64,000 nt of DNA, from the NCBI RefSeq assembly GCF_037042905.1, contig NC_087251.1:38318001-38382000 (forward strand), read 5' to 3'. This DNA comes from Lytechinus pictus (Eukaryota). Within the stretch, counting starts at the first letter, position 1, and every line of letters begins with the position of its first letter. The notes under the pieces were generated by a model. It was not told the DNA's origin and made no database searches. It saw nothing but the letters and a program-made list of their open reading frames with translations. The translations under genes and the position numbers were made by a program. Shown one piece after another: positions 1-13,322 of this stretch.

Positions 1-499
1 AAAGGATGTCTTTTTCACGATAGGGCACGTTATGTACGTAACGTGATAAGGGTGTCAAAAACACAAAAATAATGAAAAAAGGGTATCTATTTCGCTAGGA
101 AAATTACGTGTTTAGGGTCGAATTCGCGGGGATGATAAAACAAAATTAAAATGTTTTATAAAGGATGTCCTTTTTGCCCCAACACTTCGTATTTAGAGTC
201 ACGATTTGCGCGAGGTGTAGAAGGTGGGGTCGTACTAAACCAAATAAGGTAAAGCCGACGACCGAAGGACCCGTAACAATAAAACATTCCTGTACTTGTT
301 TTCCTTTACGTTGTTTTTCTCCTTTCTTTTCTTCTTTTTTTTAAAATTATAAGTAAATAAGTAAAAAAATAAGTAAATTATAAGACAGAAAACTGGACTT
401 TTGGTTCGTATAAGGGGCGCATTTTCAGAATATGGAAATTACGTGTTTAGGGTGCTTTTCGAGACCCCATGGTCGCGCATGGTATCCACTCGTGAATGG

Positions 500-2820
500 A
501 AGTGGCTCGCGCTTCGCGCTCGCATTGCCTTTGTAATGAATCCCATTCAAGAGAATTAAATGACATTTCATATATCCAGTTCTGAAATCAATTTGCACAC
601 AATGTTTTAGCTCGCACCTCAAGCTTTCATTATTTTGTTTGATTTACACAAATTGTTATATAAAAGTTTCCAGCTCGCGCTGCGCACTCGCATTGTTTGA
701 TTTGTGAGATACCTATCCTCTTTGGAAATTCTTTCCAAAATTTGTCAAAATGCTCCTTTATCATGTCAATATACAAAAAATTAAGCTCGTGCTTCGCGCT
801 CACATTTAATTGTTCGAGACACACAGCTTGCTTTTTTAAGGCGGTTTTCCACTAGGGCGCGGACAAGACCAGGAAGGGTTGCGGAAGCTACTTTTGTCAT
901 TTCGGCATGCTGTCGGCAACCAAATTCCGTAAAAGATTATGCAAATGATCTTGTCCTAGGACACGATCAGGACTGTCTGCGTATTGTCGTAGGACATTCC
1001 TGGAACTGTCCTGTGACAAGATTATCTAAATCAATTTGTCGGCGTTCGGCGCGGACAGCATGCAGATCGTATTAGGACAGAACCGGAGACATTTAGGACA
1101 ACGTCACGAGTGGTAAATTTAAGGACGAGGACAATAAGAATAATTTTCGGACAAATTGCGAATACTCCAAGAAAATTATCGTTCATATATTTTTTTTTAA
1201 TGAATTTAGGGGTGTTATTTGGGGTTTGGGGTGCGGTTTTTTTTTAAAGAAACATTGATTTTCTTATTAAATCCGATCTAGGAGCAGGCGAGAATGAAGT
1301 AATTCGTCATGAAAGTACGCTATTAAAAAAAAAATCGACTACAAAGACGATGTAGGGTTTTCTTTTATTTCAAATCAAATTGCATACATTGGTGGAAATC
1401 CCTGGGGGACAGGGAGACGCTTCCCCTCACTTTTTGGAATTTGATATCAAATGCCCCCCCCCCCCCACTTTTTGGAACGAGCAAACAAGAAAAAATGGAA
1501 AGAGAGGAAAAAGAAGAGAAAAGAGAATAGAAAATGAAGAGGGAAAATAAGAGGAGTAAGACGAGTGAATAAAATAAGATGAGGGGGGGGGGGATTTCAT
1601 GTCACTATTTTAAATTTTCGCTCGCTTTGTGCTCACATTGCCTAATCTATGATATACATAACTTGCTCAATAGGCTTATATTGAGCTTAAAATATCAAGT
1701 TTTGAAGTAAATATATGAAATATTTCTCGGACACTGAGTTTTCAATTTGTTTGATTTACAAATATATTTTATAGTTTTCTGTAAAATTACTATATTTTAT
1801 GGTCTAAATATCGACATTTTCCGCTCGCGCTGCGCACTAGCATTATTTAATTCGTCAAGTAACTATTCTCTTCGTGTATTCCATATTTTTTTGAAAAATA
1901 TCCCTTTTTAGGCTTATCTGATTCTGAATAGTATCAGCTAAAGCTGCGCACTTGCATTTTCATTGGGGAGTAATGTATACCTATATCAATTGTAACAAAT
2001 TATTTTAAATTCCTCTTTCTTGACAGTTTATCAAAATTTTCGGCTTGCAATTTGCGCTCGCATTATTTTTAAAGTATTCTTTAAAGTATATTAACCCATG
2101 CATCCTTTTCATGATTACAAAATATCCAGTTTTTTTACCTTGATATTAATTTCGCGACCTCATTGGGCTTATTAGATTAATAAGTAAGATAATAATATTT
2201 TCATTATTTCCTAATAATCATTGTCCGGTTTTTTTTTCAGAACGGAATATCGACAAGTTTCATCTCTCGACAAAAACAAAAATGTCCTTAAAATTTCCCG
2301 GTCGCAACTGGAAATATATGTATTGATAAAAATATCAACTTGCGCTTTGACTCGCATCATTTATTAAGCAGGATCCATATCCAATTCGTAATTGCGCTTA
2401 AATTAACTTTTTTGGGGGGATCGGAAAATCAAATATCTTTAGCTCGCGGATCGCGCTCTTATTATTGATATTATGATAAAGAATGTAATTAGAATGTCCA
2501 GATTCTAGGTTTGAATCTAAACACACGCACGCATATTTATTTAGATACGAATCTTGTTCCAGTTTCAGATCAGATTATCAAATTATTAATGTAGGAATGT
2601 TATCCATTTATCCACTTATCCATCCTTTTCATGATTTACAAAACGTAAGATGTCGAATTTCGTTTCGGCTCGCGCTTCGCGATCACATCAAGTGTATAGT
2701 CATACCCCTATCCTGTTCGTGATTTTAAAAGGTGCTTAGAATGCCCTGTATATAGCTGGGAATGTAAGAAATATTCAGCTCGCGCTTTGCGCACACATTA
2801 TTTGATTGTTGAAATATGTA
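500..2820. repeat. Dispersed degenerate repeat array carrying GCTCGCGCTTCGCGCTCGC motifs
   Basis: Motif or variants at ~505, 615, 673, 785, 1619, 1823, 2045, 2442, 2668, 2778. Confidence 0.7.
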
Positions 2821-2847
2821 GGCTAAAAACAATTGTGTTTGTCGGTG

Positions 2848-3586
2848 CATGGACCTATGAAGAGATGGACATTCATCGCTTAGATAATGAATTCACTAAC
2901 AGGTGACGGTAATTGTCATCTGAATAACATTCTCTTCATACTAGTCTTCTTTGGTCCTATGATCGTCACCGTGAGAAGGGACTGAATTAGTTCGTGATTG
3001 GACATTTATATTTCACAAATTATATGCGCAGTTGATAGAAAATCAATGAAACAATGGATAATCGATGTGCAGTTTTTGTTTACCTTTGTTTATCTTAGTT
3101 CCATGTGTTTTATTTGGGGAAATGTCTGCATATTTTAATATAGAGGCAATATCGTGATTGATTGTTTACCATTTAAAATTCAATTTTCCCAAGTTTCTCC
3201 ATAATATTCCAGATATACGTGGCACATAACATGTGTAGATCGTGTATCTCTCAATGTTATTGTGGTCCTTATGTGTGAGCGGTAGTTAGCGGATCGAATA
3301 ATATCATATTTTATATCATAAAAATCGTCTGCTTCTCAAGTTTGCTGATCCATATATGAAGCATATTGACTGAAAGGCACATACTGAAACAGGGGATCAG
3401 CCAACAAAAATCAAGACCGGGAAACTGTTCCGTCTTTGAGTGATCAGATACCCTTGGTAGTCATGGTAATTGCTATTGTTACAACACCTGTATGTTCTCA
3501 TTAAGATGCGCATAACCAGGTGACGGTGACTATCATTGGGTCAAAGAAATGCTCGCGTTAATCGTCCATCTTTTCATAGGTCCATG
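2848..3586. mobile_element. Non-autonomous DNA transposon with CA..TG termini and 7-bp TSD (P/Galileo-like)
   Basis: TIR CATGGACCTATGAA(G/A)AGATGGAC; direct repeat GTCGGTG at 2841-2847 and 3587-3593. Confidence 0.75.
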
Positions 3587-4674
3587 GTCGGTGTAATAGT
3601 ATTCACTTTTTGAAAGCAGATTTTGTGCATTTTATACATGACAATAAATTATCTCGGATCTAAGGTAACTTTAAAAAGACTGCATATGTTAATAGCAAAG
3701 TCGAGGCTCCCTTTATAACATTACTTTCTAATAGTTTTTTCCACAAATTAATACATATATTACAAAAGAGGAAGAAAACGGGAAGTTAGGATGCAAATTG
3801 CATTCGACAGGCACATGCAGACCAAGGGGCGAGGTGGTCTTGCTTACCCCTTTAAAAAAGTACAAACAGAAGAAATATAATTAAAATGGAAAGGGAAACT
3901 TAAAAAATGATATGGTGGAAAAGAAAAACAAAGGGGGAATGTCGTGCTAATACTGCCCTCCTCTCCCTGCTGCTGGCTTATCCCTCCCAGTATTAAAGAG
4001 ATATACAAACAGCACAAAAGAAATAGGAATTACAGGGGCCGCGGAACCGGGGGGGGGGGGGGCTGGGGGGCTTCAGCCCCCCCCCCCCCCACTTTGAAAA
4101 CCGTTCCGCGGCCCCTGGATAAACAAAGGAGATGAATGAAATGAGGTGAAATAGAATCAAGTAGGAAAAAAAATCGCGATAATGAACAGAAAATAATTGG
4201 CCAAAATTGTGAATGTGTAAGATTAGAAATATCAGTTTTAATTTTTGGACGAACTTGTGAATCCAGTGTCTAATCGCCTTTGCCTCCTCTTGTACCAATT
4301 AAAATATAGACTAAAAAAGAAAATGTAAATGGGCAATTCCAGGAGGCCGAATGCGTTGTCTACGCCCTATTGGCTGCGTAAAAAGGAAAAATGGAATAAA
4401 TGCAAAGAAGAGTGGAAAAGAAGAAAAAGAGTGAAGAAATTTACAGACGGGAAGATATCAGTGTTTCAGCTAGGTCAATTTGTTAAAATTATTGGTTCAT
4501 TTCGCTCTTCATGCTTTTAATACTTTAATTAAGAAGTTTGTGCACGCTATTCATTTTTACGAAAAATACTTAGGTCTTTTCGTCCTTGATGTTTGAAAGA
4601 AGTTCGCGCTCATATTTTATGTTTATGAGAAACATGTTCTGTGCACGACTTTTTCAGGAAGGCCTTTTTTTTAA

Positions 4675-5026
4675 GAGTCGTGGTGTATAGTGGTTCTGAC
4701 TCCCGCCTTGTAAACGGTGAGTCGTGTGTTCGATTCTCACCGCGGTCTATATACCGTCCTTTGGTAAGACGTATTGCCGGCACACCTTGCCACTCTCGAC
4801 CCAGGTGCTAAATGGGTACCCGGTTGGATGCGAAAGTTATTGTATGCTTGAATTTGCAAGCGCCATTTCGAGGCTGCGATGAATGCAAGGAATGCTTCCC
4901 AAGATGTGGAAATTGTGCACTTTTCATGCGGGATTGAAATGAATCATGGGACAATAATATGCTGTAAATCGTTTTGAGCCGTTCTGAGAAAAGCGATATT
5001 TATAAACATGCTATCATTTATTATTA
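4675..5026 (+). mobile_element. tRNA-derived SINE
   Basis: A/B-box head (gtggtgtatagtgg, gttcgattc), ctcgacccaggtg..aatgggtacc core, (TTA)n tail. Confidence 0.78.
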
Positions 5027-7244
5027 TTTCTTATTAATAAAATATCATTCACGATCAAACAAAGTGCTTAAAATGCATTAGGAATATAAACTTGAATTTC
5101 TGTTTTTTCTTATATTCCTTTTTCACATTTTTTCTCTTTTTTTATTTCATCTTTCTTTCCTCGTCTCATGCCGGTCTCACGTTCATGCCGGTCATTAACT
5201 TCAATAGATTACGTAATCACTATTAAATCTTAATCCCTCCTTTCAAGAATTTGGGGTATTAATCTTACACGGTATCCCTATAGTCTCAAAGGCATTCACA
5301 GGTGGTTCTTTATCAATGAACTGAAGGAATTCTGAAGTGACATTTTTAAACATAATTAAATCGAATTACATGTGTTGTGCAAGCACGTCATATTTCAAAA
5401 TTTCCAATTGTTGAAAATAAGCGTATCTTTAAATGTCATAACTTTCTTATTTTATATTCGATTTTGATAAATTTTCAGTATACTGCATTCGAGCAAGACA
5501 GTATCTAATTACCAGTTTATTAATAAGGTGATGTTGTAACTGTAGGTATGTCGTGTATGCATTTTTCGTTACAGCATAATCGTAGATGATAATAAATATT
5601 GGCAATTAAACACATTATTTAACGTAAATTACTAAAGAATTTTTAATGCATACAACAAGACCCCCCCCCCCCAAAAAAAGCAAGGAATGTCCGTTTTTAG
5701 GTCTAAATTTATGTACAAAACGTACTTAAAATATGAAGTTTCCGATCGCAATAGGCCCTATAACATATTTTAAATCGCACTTCGCACTCGAATCAGTAAT
5801 ATTGTTTAGTCAGATATAACATTCCTGTTCACCATTTCAAAAAACGCTAAGAAAGTCATGTCTTTTCATAAACCGGTCAACTTATTCAATTTTTAACTAG
5901 GTCTAAATTCATAAAATATTTATTAAAAAAAAAATCATTTTTGATAAAAATTAAGATATAGAACGAATCATATAGGACTAATACTTATCCGTATTTATAA
6001 TCAGAACGAGACATTCACATTACAACCCACCAATTAAATTTTAATCCAATTTATGCTTAAAACGAGATATTATATCATAGGCGTCATTGCATGCCGATGT
6101 TCTGTTACAATTGCAGTTCTCCATGCTCTCTTGATAGTCTTCTGGATGTATAAGTAGGAAGATAATTTTTGAAAAGAAGTAAATTATATGCCAATAATGC
6201 AATATATCATTCACAAAACTTTGTATTGCACTCCCTTACTTCATATTCCTATTTTTCTTCATTCTCCTCCTCCGTCTTCTCCTTTTATCCTATTTTCCCC
6301 CTTCTGTAATTCCTCTTCTATTTCTCTTCATCAAGTTCACTCTTTCTATAATTTTTGAAAAGAAGTAAATTATATGCCAATAATTATAAATAGAACGAGT
6401 CATATGAGATAATTTATAATCAGAACGAGACATTCACATAACAAGACATAGGAATGAAATTAATTTGTTTAAAAAAAGGATTGTGATATTGGCCCTATGA
6501 TGTGTCTCGTTGCAATTACCAACAGGAGTGAGTGAAAATAATTGTCGAATTGTAACCAATGTTTTGAAATTGATTGGTCATTTTAATATAACCAAAACGT
6601 ATATCGTTCTTATTATCCCCTTACTTAACTATTTTGTTGTTCTCTGTTGCTCGTGTCTTATTACTTATCACTGAGTTGTACATGATTGTAATTGTTTTGC
6701 GAAATATAAGCGAAAAACTTCCAAATGTCATAACTTTCTTATTTTACATACGTTTTTTGATGAAATTGGCTTGTTTCTTATTTCTCTATTGATTCAAATC
6801 AATAACTTTTTGGGTAGACTTGACCTTTAAGCTGCATATTCGTACATGTTATTATATTAGCCTTCTTTTATGTTGACTGAAAAATCTATAATAATCCAAA
6901 TAGTTTATTTATATTTTGTTTACTGAAATCAACTTAATTAAATAAAATCAATCCTAAAAAGGATTAAGATTAATTGGTCAAATTGTAATCATATGGGCTT
7001 AGGGAATTGATATATGTCTCGTTATAATTATAAAGAGAGCAGCCAATTTTTAACGATTCACTGATGAAAGTAGCCTTTTCTATCTTTTCTCTCAAGAAAA
7101 ATACAGATTAAAAGTGACGATGTCAATTATCTGAAAATAAGGTAATTAGGGTCTGTGATGCTTCGTTCTAAAAGTACACTTAGTATCATGCACTTCTTCA
7201 TGTGTTTTCCATGTTCCAGAGTATCAAAAACTCCTTGATGTTCT

Positions 7245-8040
7245 TATCCAAGTATCTATGTATCTAAGTTTTCATGTAGGCATGTGCCCGTAGCCGCGTA
7301 TCCAAGTATCCATGTAACCAAAGGTATCTAAGATCCCCGTATCCACGTATCCGCGTATCCACGTATCCAAGTATCCAAGTCTCCAATAGTATCCAAGTAT
7401 CCACGTATCCACGTATCCGCGTATCCACGTATCCACGTATCCAAGTATCCAAGTATCCAATAGTATCAAAGTATCCACGTATCCACGTATCCGCGTATCC
7501 ACGTATCCACGTATCCAAGTATCCAAGTATCCAATAGTATCCAAGTATCCACGTATCCACGTATCCGCGTATCCACGTATCCAAGTATCCGCGTATCCAA
7601 CAGTATCCAAGTATCCACGTATCCACGTATCCGCGTATCCACGTATCCACGTATCCAAGTATCAAAGTATCCAAGTCTCCAATAGTATCCAAGTATCCAC
7701 GTATCCACGTATCCGCGTATCCACGTATCCACGTATCCAAGTATCCAAGTATCCAATAGTATCCGCGTATCCACGTATCCGCGTATCCACGTATCCACGT
7801 ATCCAAGTATCCAAGAATCCAATAGTATCCAAGTATCCACGTATCCACGTATCCGCGTATCCACGTATCCAAGTATCCAAGTATCCAAGTATCCAAGTAT
7901 CCAACAGTATCCAAGTATCCACGTATCCACGTATCCTCGTATCCTCGTATCCAAGTATCCAATAGTATCCAAGTATCCACGTATCCATGTATTCATATCC
8001 ATACATGTTTTAATATAATAGTATCCAAGTATTCTGTATC
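7245..8040. repeat. GTATCCAC/GTATCCAA/GTATCCGC 8-mer minisatellite with a 74-bp higher-order unit
   Basis: Tandem 8-mers punctuated by the 10-mer GTATCCAATA/ACA; source of the DTWIRGY ORFs. Confidence 0.95.
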
Positions 8041-8099
8041 CATATATAGATATCAACGTATATCATTCCTTAAACAACATCATCAACATAATTATATAC

Positions 8100-8880
8100 C
8101 ATTGCACGTGTCCTCGATCACGCGCCCCCTCTTTGATCGCTTCATATATATCATCCCTTTTTAAGTCCTCTGATTATTATATCACCTGCCATTACTTCAC
8201 TCTCTCCTACTACATCCACCACATTGGACAAGTTATGTACTCCCTCTACGGGGCCATCCCCCCTCCCCCATCTGCCCCCTCCCCCCATCCTTTATCCATC
8301 TCCCGATCCGATTCCTGCTTGTCGCCGGGGACTCTTAATTCACTCACGAACGTAGAGGGCGACAAAACTGATATCGCACCACACCGGCAGCAGCAATTAG
8401 TAGGTAATTGCTCTTTTGTAATCGATTCATGACATTGGATTCTAAAGGTACTCCCATAATTATTAAGGTATATTCAATAAAATAATTTTACATAAAATCA
8501 TACAATTTTTATTGCGACAATTTTATATTTGGCAAAACTTTAGGCCTACTGAACAAAAAAATTAAGGTCAAGGGTTTTTTACCAAGGGGCCGTTTCATTA
8601 AGTAGTTCGTAAGTTAAGAGCTACTTTAAGAACAACTGGTGAACCTTTCTTACGCGCTTAACCATCGCCAATGAATATACCATTTTACACAAGAAAGGAT
8701 CACCAGTCGTTCTTAAAGTCGCTCTTAACTTACGAACAGCTTTATGAAACAGCCACCAGTTATGTGATGTTAAAGTTCTATGTCGATCGACACGTGCGCG
8801 CTGTGTTGAAAGTGTGATCCTATTTTGCGTAAGAGAATTTGCAAAGTTTTTTTCAGAAAAGCCATGCAGATAAAGGTAAG
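8100..8880 (+). promoter_or_regulatory. Putative promoter/first-exon region
   Basis: CpG-retaining, largely non-repetitive stretch with CACGTG E-boxes (~8105, ~8791) and donor-like sites TAG/gtaatt (8404) and AAG/gtaaga (8876); CpG becomes scarce in unique DNA downstream. Confidence 0.45.
8586..8757. mobile_element. Short palindromic MITE (second copy 55550-55736, opposite orientation)
   Basis: Near-perfect fold-back ...gttcgtaagttaagagc...gctcttaacttacgaac...; homologous copy in window. Confidence 0.75.
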
Positions 8881-8945
8881 ATATTTATATTAGATGGCAT
8901 TTTTGGAGATGCTATAATATCGCTTGGTGTCACATTTTAAGATTT

Positions 8946-9511
8946 GATCCAACAACTGGGCAATTCCATAAAATATGTACGTCCGACCCCCTACGGGAAA
9001 TTCATGAAATTCTCTGTCTCTGATTTCTTGTTCTTTTGACAAGTACGACTATACTCTGGAAAGAGGACTGTACTCAACAGAAGAAGAAGATTTGGAAGAC
9101 GTTTGATTGCAAAATGGTTATTTTCTTATTCTTGGGAAGTCCAGATTTTCTTGAAAGGGGCACAAAGGTAGCAACATTTGCTGATGATGATGTTTTGCCA
9201 ATATTTAGGCTTTGATTTAGACTTATCCTTAATAAATTTACACCACAGGCCAATTCACATGTAAAGTTGCCTTTTCTGATGGTGACATTGTTATGCAGAA
9301 TTTGGCAATGCCATAAAATAATCAACCTTTTTTTGTAGTCCGGCCCCCATTTTTCTCAAGTTTTACTTCACTTCATAAACTGACCAAGTCATGGTCATTT
9401 GAGAGCATTACAGACTGTCAAAAGAACAAGAAATCAGGGACAGAGAATTTCATGAAGGTCCGGTAGGGGGTCGGACATACATATTCTATGGCATTGCCCA
9501 GTTGTCGGATC
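8946..9511. mobile_element. MITE with long (>100 bp) terminal inverted repeats
   Basis: caactgggcaattccat..gtccgaccccctac vs gtagggggtcggac..atggcattgcccagttg. Confidence 0.8.
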
Positions 9512-10014
9512 ATTGCGCTTTTTCCTTTCAATCACCATAAATGAGGATGAGGGGATGTGTACAGGGAAGATGATTTAATTGGTTACAAATAACAATATTC
9601 ATGGAAATGTCTGATGGTGACAGTACATGTACTGTACATGTATTCGGTCTGAAGTCATACATGTATAAAGCAAAAGCCGATGTAGTATTAATGGAAGTTG
9701 TGATCTCTAGATAATCTCATAACCAATCTGTAAACTGACTGGAGTTCAGAAGTGAACCCTTTATATAATGGTTGGTCAAGACCTTAACAGCTGTTGGTTA
9801 ATCTTGAATCCTTGACCAAAGTCTGTACATCATAACTTTAATGTGAATTGGGAACTGGACCTTTTAGCAGGACTTTAGTAGGAAGGAGGAACTTGTATAA
9901 GAAACCCACAAAATGAGTATGTGTCAGAAGTTTAGCTGGAAGAAGGATGAGTTAATTAATGAGTAATACTTTCTTAAGAAAATTGGAATTTACTTTGGAG
10001 ACATATACACAGTA

Positions 10015-10433
10015 GGCCCGAATTCACAAAGTTGGTTTTTAAAACCATCAGTTGAATCCATGGTTTATGCAGATTTCATGTACCGTATAAATTACGCTTA
10101 TTTACCATGTATATTAAAAAATGTCCAATGCTGGTGTGCGCTTTTGTCACAATGCGCCAAATTAATGACGCCTGTTGCCGTGGTTATCCAAGCCATGTTA
10201 TTTATGAGTCATTATTTTGAATTAATGAGTCCACTCTACAAACAGTGGACCCATGAATAAAATAGCATGCTTAACCATGGCAACAGGCGTCAATTTGGCG
10301 CACTGACACAAGCGCATTAGAATTGGGCATTTTTTAATATACACGGTAAATAAGCGTAATTTATACACAGGAAATCTGCATAAACCATGGGTTCAACCGA
10401 TGGTTTCAAAAGCCATCTTTGTGAATTCGGGCC
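10015..10433. mobile_element. Palindromic MITE (GGCCCGAATTCACAAAG ends); interrupted relative at 60667-62036
   Basis: Almost the whole element is an inverted repeat. Confidence 0.82.
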
Positions 10434-10615
10434 ATAGAGACAAGTTATACTTCCTGTAGAAACATTGATTAAGTATTGAATAGGTATTGATAAATTATTG
10501 AAATGTGAGAAAAGCTCTTATCAATCATCACACAACTGTATCAGATTTTCAAGGTAATAACTTGTTAGATAATCTTGCGCAAAATATGGTTTGGCACAAA
10601 GTTTGTAAGTTTGTG

Positions 10616-10897
10616 GAGCGTTGTGGCCCAGTGGATTAGTCTTCTGACTTTGAAACAGAGGGTCATGGGTTCGAATCCCAGCCATGGCGTAATTTCCTTC
10701 AGCAAGAAATTTATCCACATTGTGCTGCACTCAACCCAGGTGAGGTGAATGGGTACCCGGCAGGATTAATTCCTTGAACGCATGAGCGCTGGTAGGCAGC
10801 TCGAGCTAAAGCCGGGGTAATAATAATAATAACAGCGTGCCTCGGAATAGAATATTTCTAGATCATAGATGGGGCTATATAAATGCCTATTATTATC
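10616..10897 (+). mobile_element. tRNA-derived SINE
   Basis: tggcccagtgg..ggttcgaatccc head, conserved core, tattatt tail; same family as 38276, 53435, 58072 copies. Confidence 0.85.
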
Positions 10898-12319
10898 ATT
10901 AGTCTAGCACTGTGCTTTAAATTGTTTCAGCATCCTACAAACAAATGCTGATATACCATGTCAGAACTTTATTAGATCCATAATTTGGAAGTTCAGCACC
11001 CAGAGACTTCTGAATTTGGGGTTTGCCCGAACTGTGCGAAGTTATTTATGTAGCTTGGTTTAGGGGCATTCCAGAACATAACCTCTGTCCCCATCAATCC
11101 AGAGATAATAATACTATTTAACCACATACAATTGAAAAGGGGATTAACTTTAACTTATAGTTTTAACCAGAACATTGCTAACAGTTATAATCTCCACTTT
11201 GTCAGGTTTTAGTGAATTTAGACACGCTCGCAACATTTTGTCAGTTGTCAATATTAATTGATAGCTGAAGAAAGATAGCATCTACGTACATTAATTTTGA
11301 CTCAACCACTGAAAGCAAAAGGTGGCTTTTTACTTTATATTCCACATTGGAAATGACATTCATACTTAAAAAGGGGAGCATATTTCTTTTAAGAACTATT
11401 AAACCCATGCTTAAAACACATTTCAGGTATAGTTCAATCTCTCCTGGTTGCTTTTGGAACTTATTTGCTTTTACAGTTTTTTGTGTGTGTGAGTAATGAA
11501 CTATCTTTTGAGTGAAATATTATAGGCAACAGGCCTACAGTACAACAAACTTGTACAAAGGTACAGTACACAATGCTATACACTTTCTTCTAGCACATGT
11601 ATTGATCATATCTAATGCGACTTTGCAGGTCAAAGCTCTTAAATTGAGAGAACAGCAAAAAACAGAACACGTACTCCTTGCATTTGATAGGCAATTTACT
11701 TAAAGCATTATTGAAGAAGACAATGCAAACAACAAGCTATAAGAACGAAGATGAATACCACCACCACCACCACAACAACAACTATAACAATAATAATGAT
11801 GATAATAATAATAATAATAATAATAATTTTTACCTTTGCCATTTTTACCCGGCACCGACCAAACAGACCAATCATTCCTCTTTCTCCAATCCTGGATTCA
11901 TGCTTATATCGAAAGGCAACATTTTAAAAGTGGAATATAACATTAATTTTCAGTATTTCTGTAGGGCTAATCAATAAATATTTACATGATAGACTGTTTA
12001 ATATTGGAATACTGTTATTAGGAATTACTTTTAAAAATTCGAAAGGGAAAAAAAGGGTGATCAGTATACTATGATACATGTACGTTTTACTAAAATTTAG
12101 ATAGAACTAAACTAGGGCCAGTTTCATAAAACTTGTTATTTATAAATACAAATTTGTGATAACTGTTAAAAGCTACTGATATCATTCTAGTGATTGACTT
12201 GATATAGAAACTGTCCATTGTTATTATGAAAAGTCTATTTGAAACACGACCCTGAAATGTTCTTGGAATGGTACAAGTTAGGGATGGCACAATAAGAACG
12301 TTATTATTTCTATCATTTC

Positions 12320-13320
12320 TGTCTTGCCTGCATAGCAGAGCGAGACTATAGATGCCGCTTTTCCGACGGCGGCGGCGACGGCGGCATCGTCAACATTGAA
12401 ATCTTAACCAAGGTTAAGTTTTTGAAATGTCATCATAACTAAGATTGTATATGGGCCTAGTTCATGAAACTTGGACATAAGGGTAATAGTGTATCACTAA
12501 AGATTCTGCTTGAGTTTCAGGTCACATGATTAAGGTCAAAGGTCACTTGAGGTCAACAAACTTTGGCCATGTTGGGGTTATTTGAGGAATTATCATAACT
12601 TTAAAACTTTATGGATCTAGTTCATGAAACTTAGACATAAGAGCAACCATGTATCCCTGCATATGATGTGTGAGTTTCAGGTCACATGACCAAGGTCAAA
12701 GTTCACTTAGGGTCAACAAACTTTGGCCATATTAGGGGTATAGGAGGAATTGTCATCATAACTTTGAAATTTTATGGATCTAGTTCATAAAACATGGACA
12801 TAAGAGCAATCAAGTATCCTTGAATATCCTGTGCTAGTGTCAGGTCACATGACGAAGGTCAAAGGTCATCTAGGGTTGACAAACTTTGGTAATATTGGGG
12901 GTATTTGTGGAATTGTCATCTTAACTTTAAAAGTCTATGGATCTAGTTCATGAAACTTGGACATAAGAGCAGCAATGTATCACTGAATACACTGTGTGCG
13001 TTTCAGGAACAAGGCCAAGATCAAAGGTCATTTAAAGGTCAATGACATGTGTTGAATTGGCATCATAACTTAGGAAGTTTATGGATCTAGCTCATGAAAC
13101 ATTGACAGAAGGGTAATCAAGTATGAATGATTGTTTTGCACATGTCTTAGGTCACATGATCATGGTCAAATGTCATTTTGGGTCAATGGACATAGCATTT
13201 TATTATCATATTAGTGTTATCTTCTGTGAATAATTATTCATTAGCTGTTTTCAAAGGAAGCATTGCTGCTATATCGTATTGCGTAATGCAGGCGAGACTG
13301 CCAGAGGCGTTCCACTTGTT
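12320..13320 (+). mobile_element. Non-autonomous Helentron/HINE-like element, copy 1, with internal ~160-bp tandem units
   Basis: Subterminal inverted repeats gtcttgcctgcat...atgcaggcgagac, (GGC)n near the 5' end, 3' end ...ccacttgtt, inserted in T-rich sequence. Confidence 0.65.
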
Positions 13321-13322
13321 TT

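Noticed and set aside
7264..8056. Minus-strand ORFs of 114-238 aa (DTWIRGY repeats)
   Set aside because: All three frames give the same peptide because of the 8-bp periodicity; no splice or homology support
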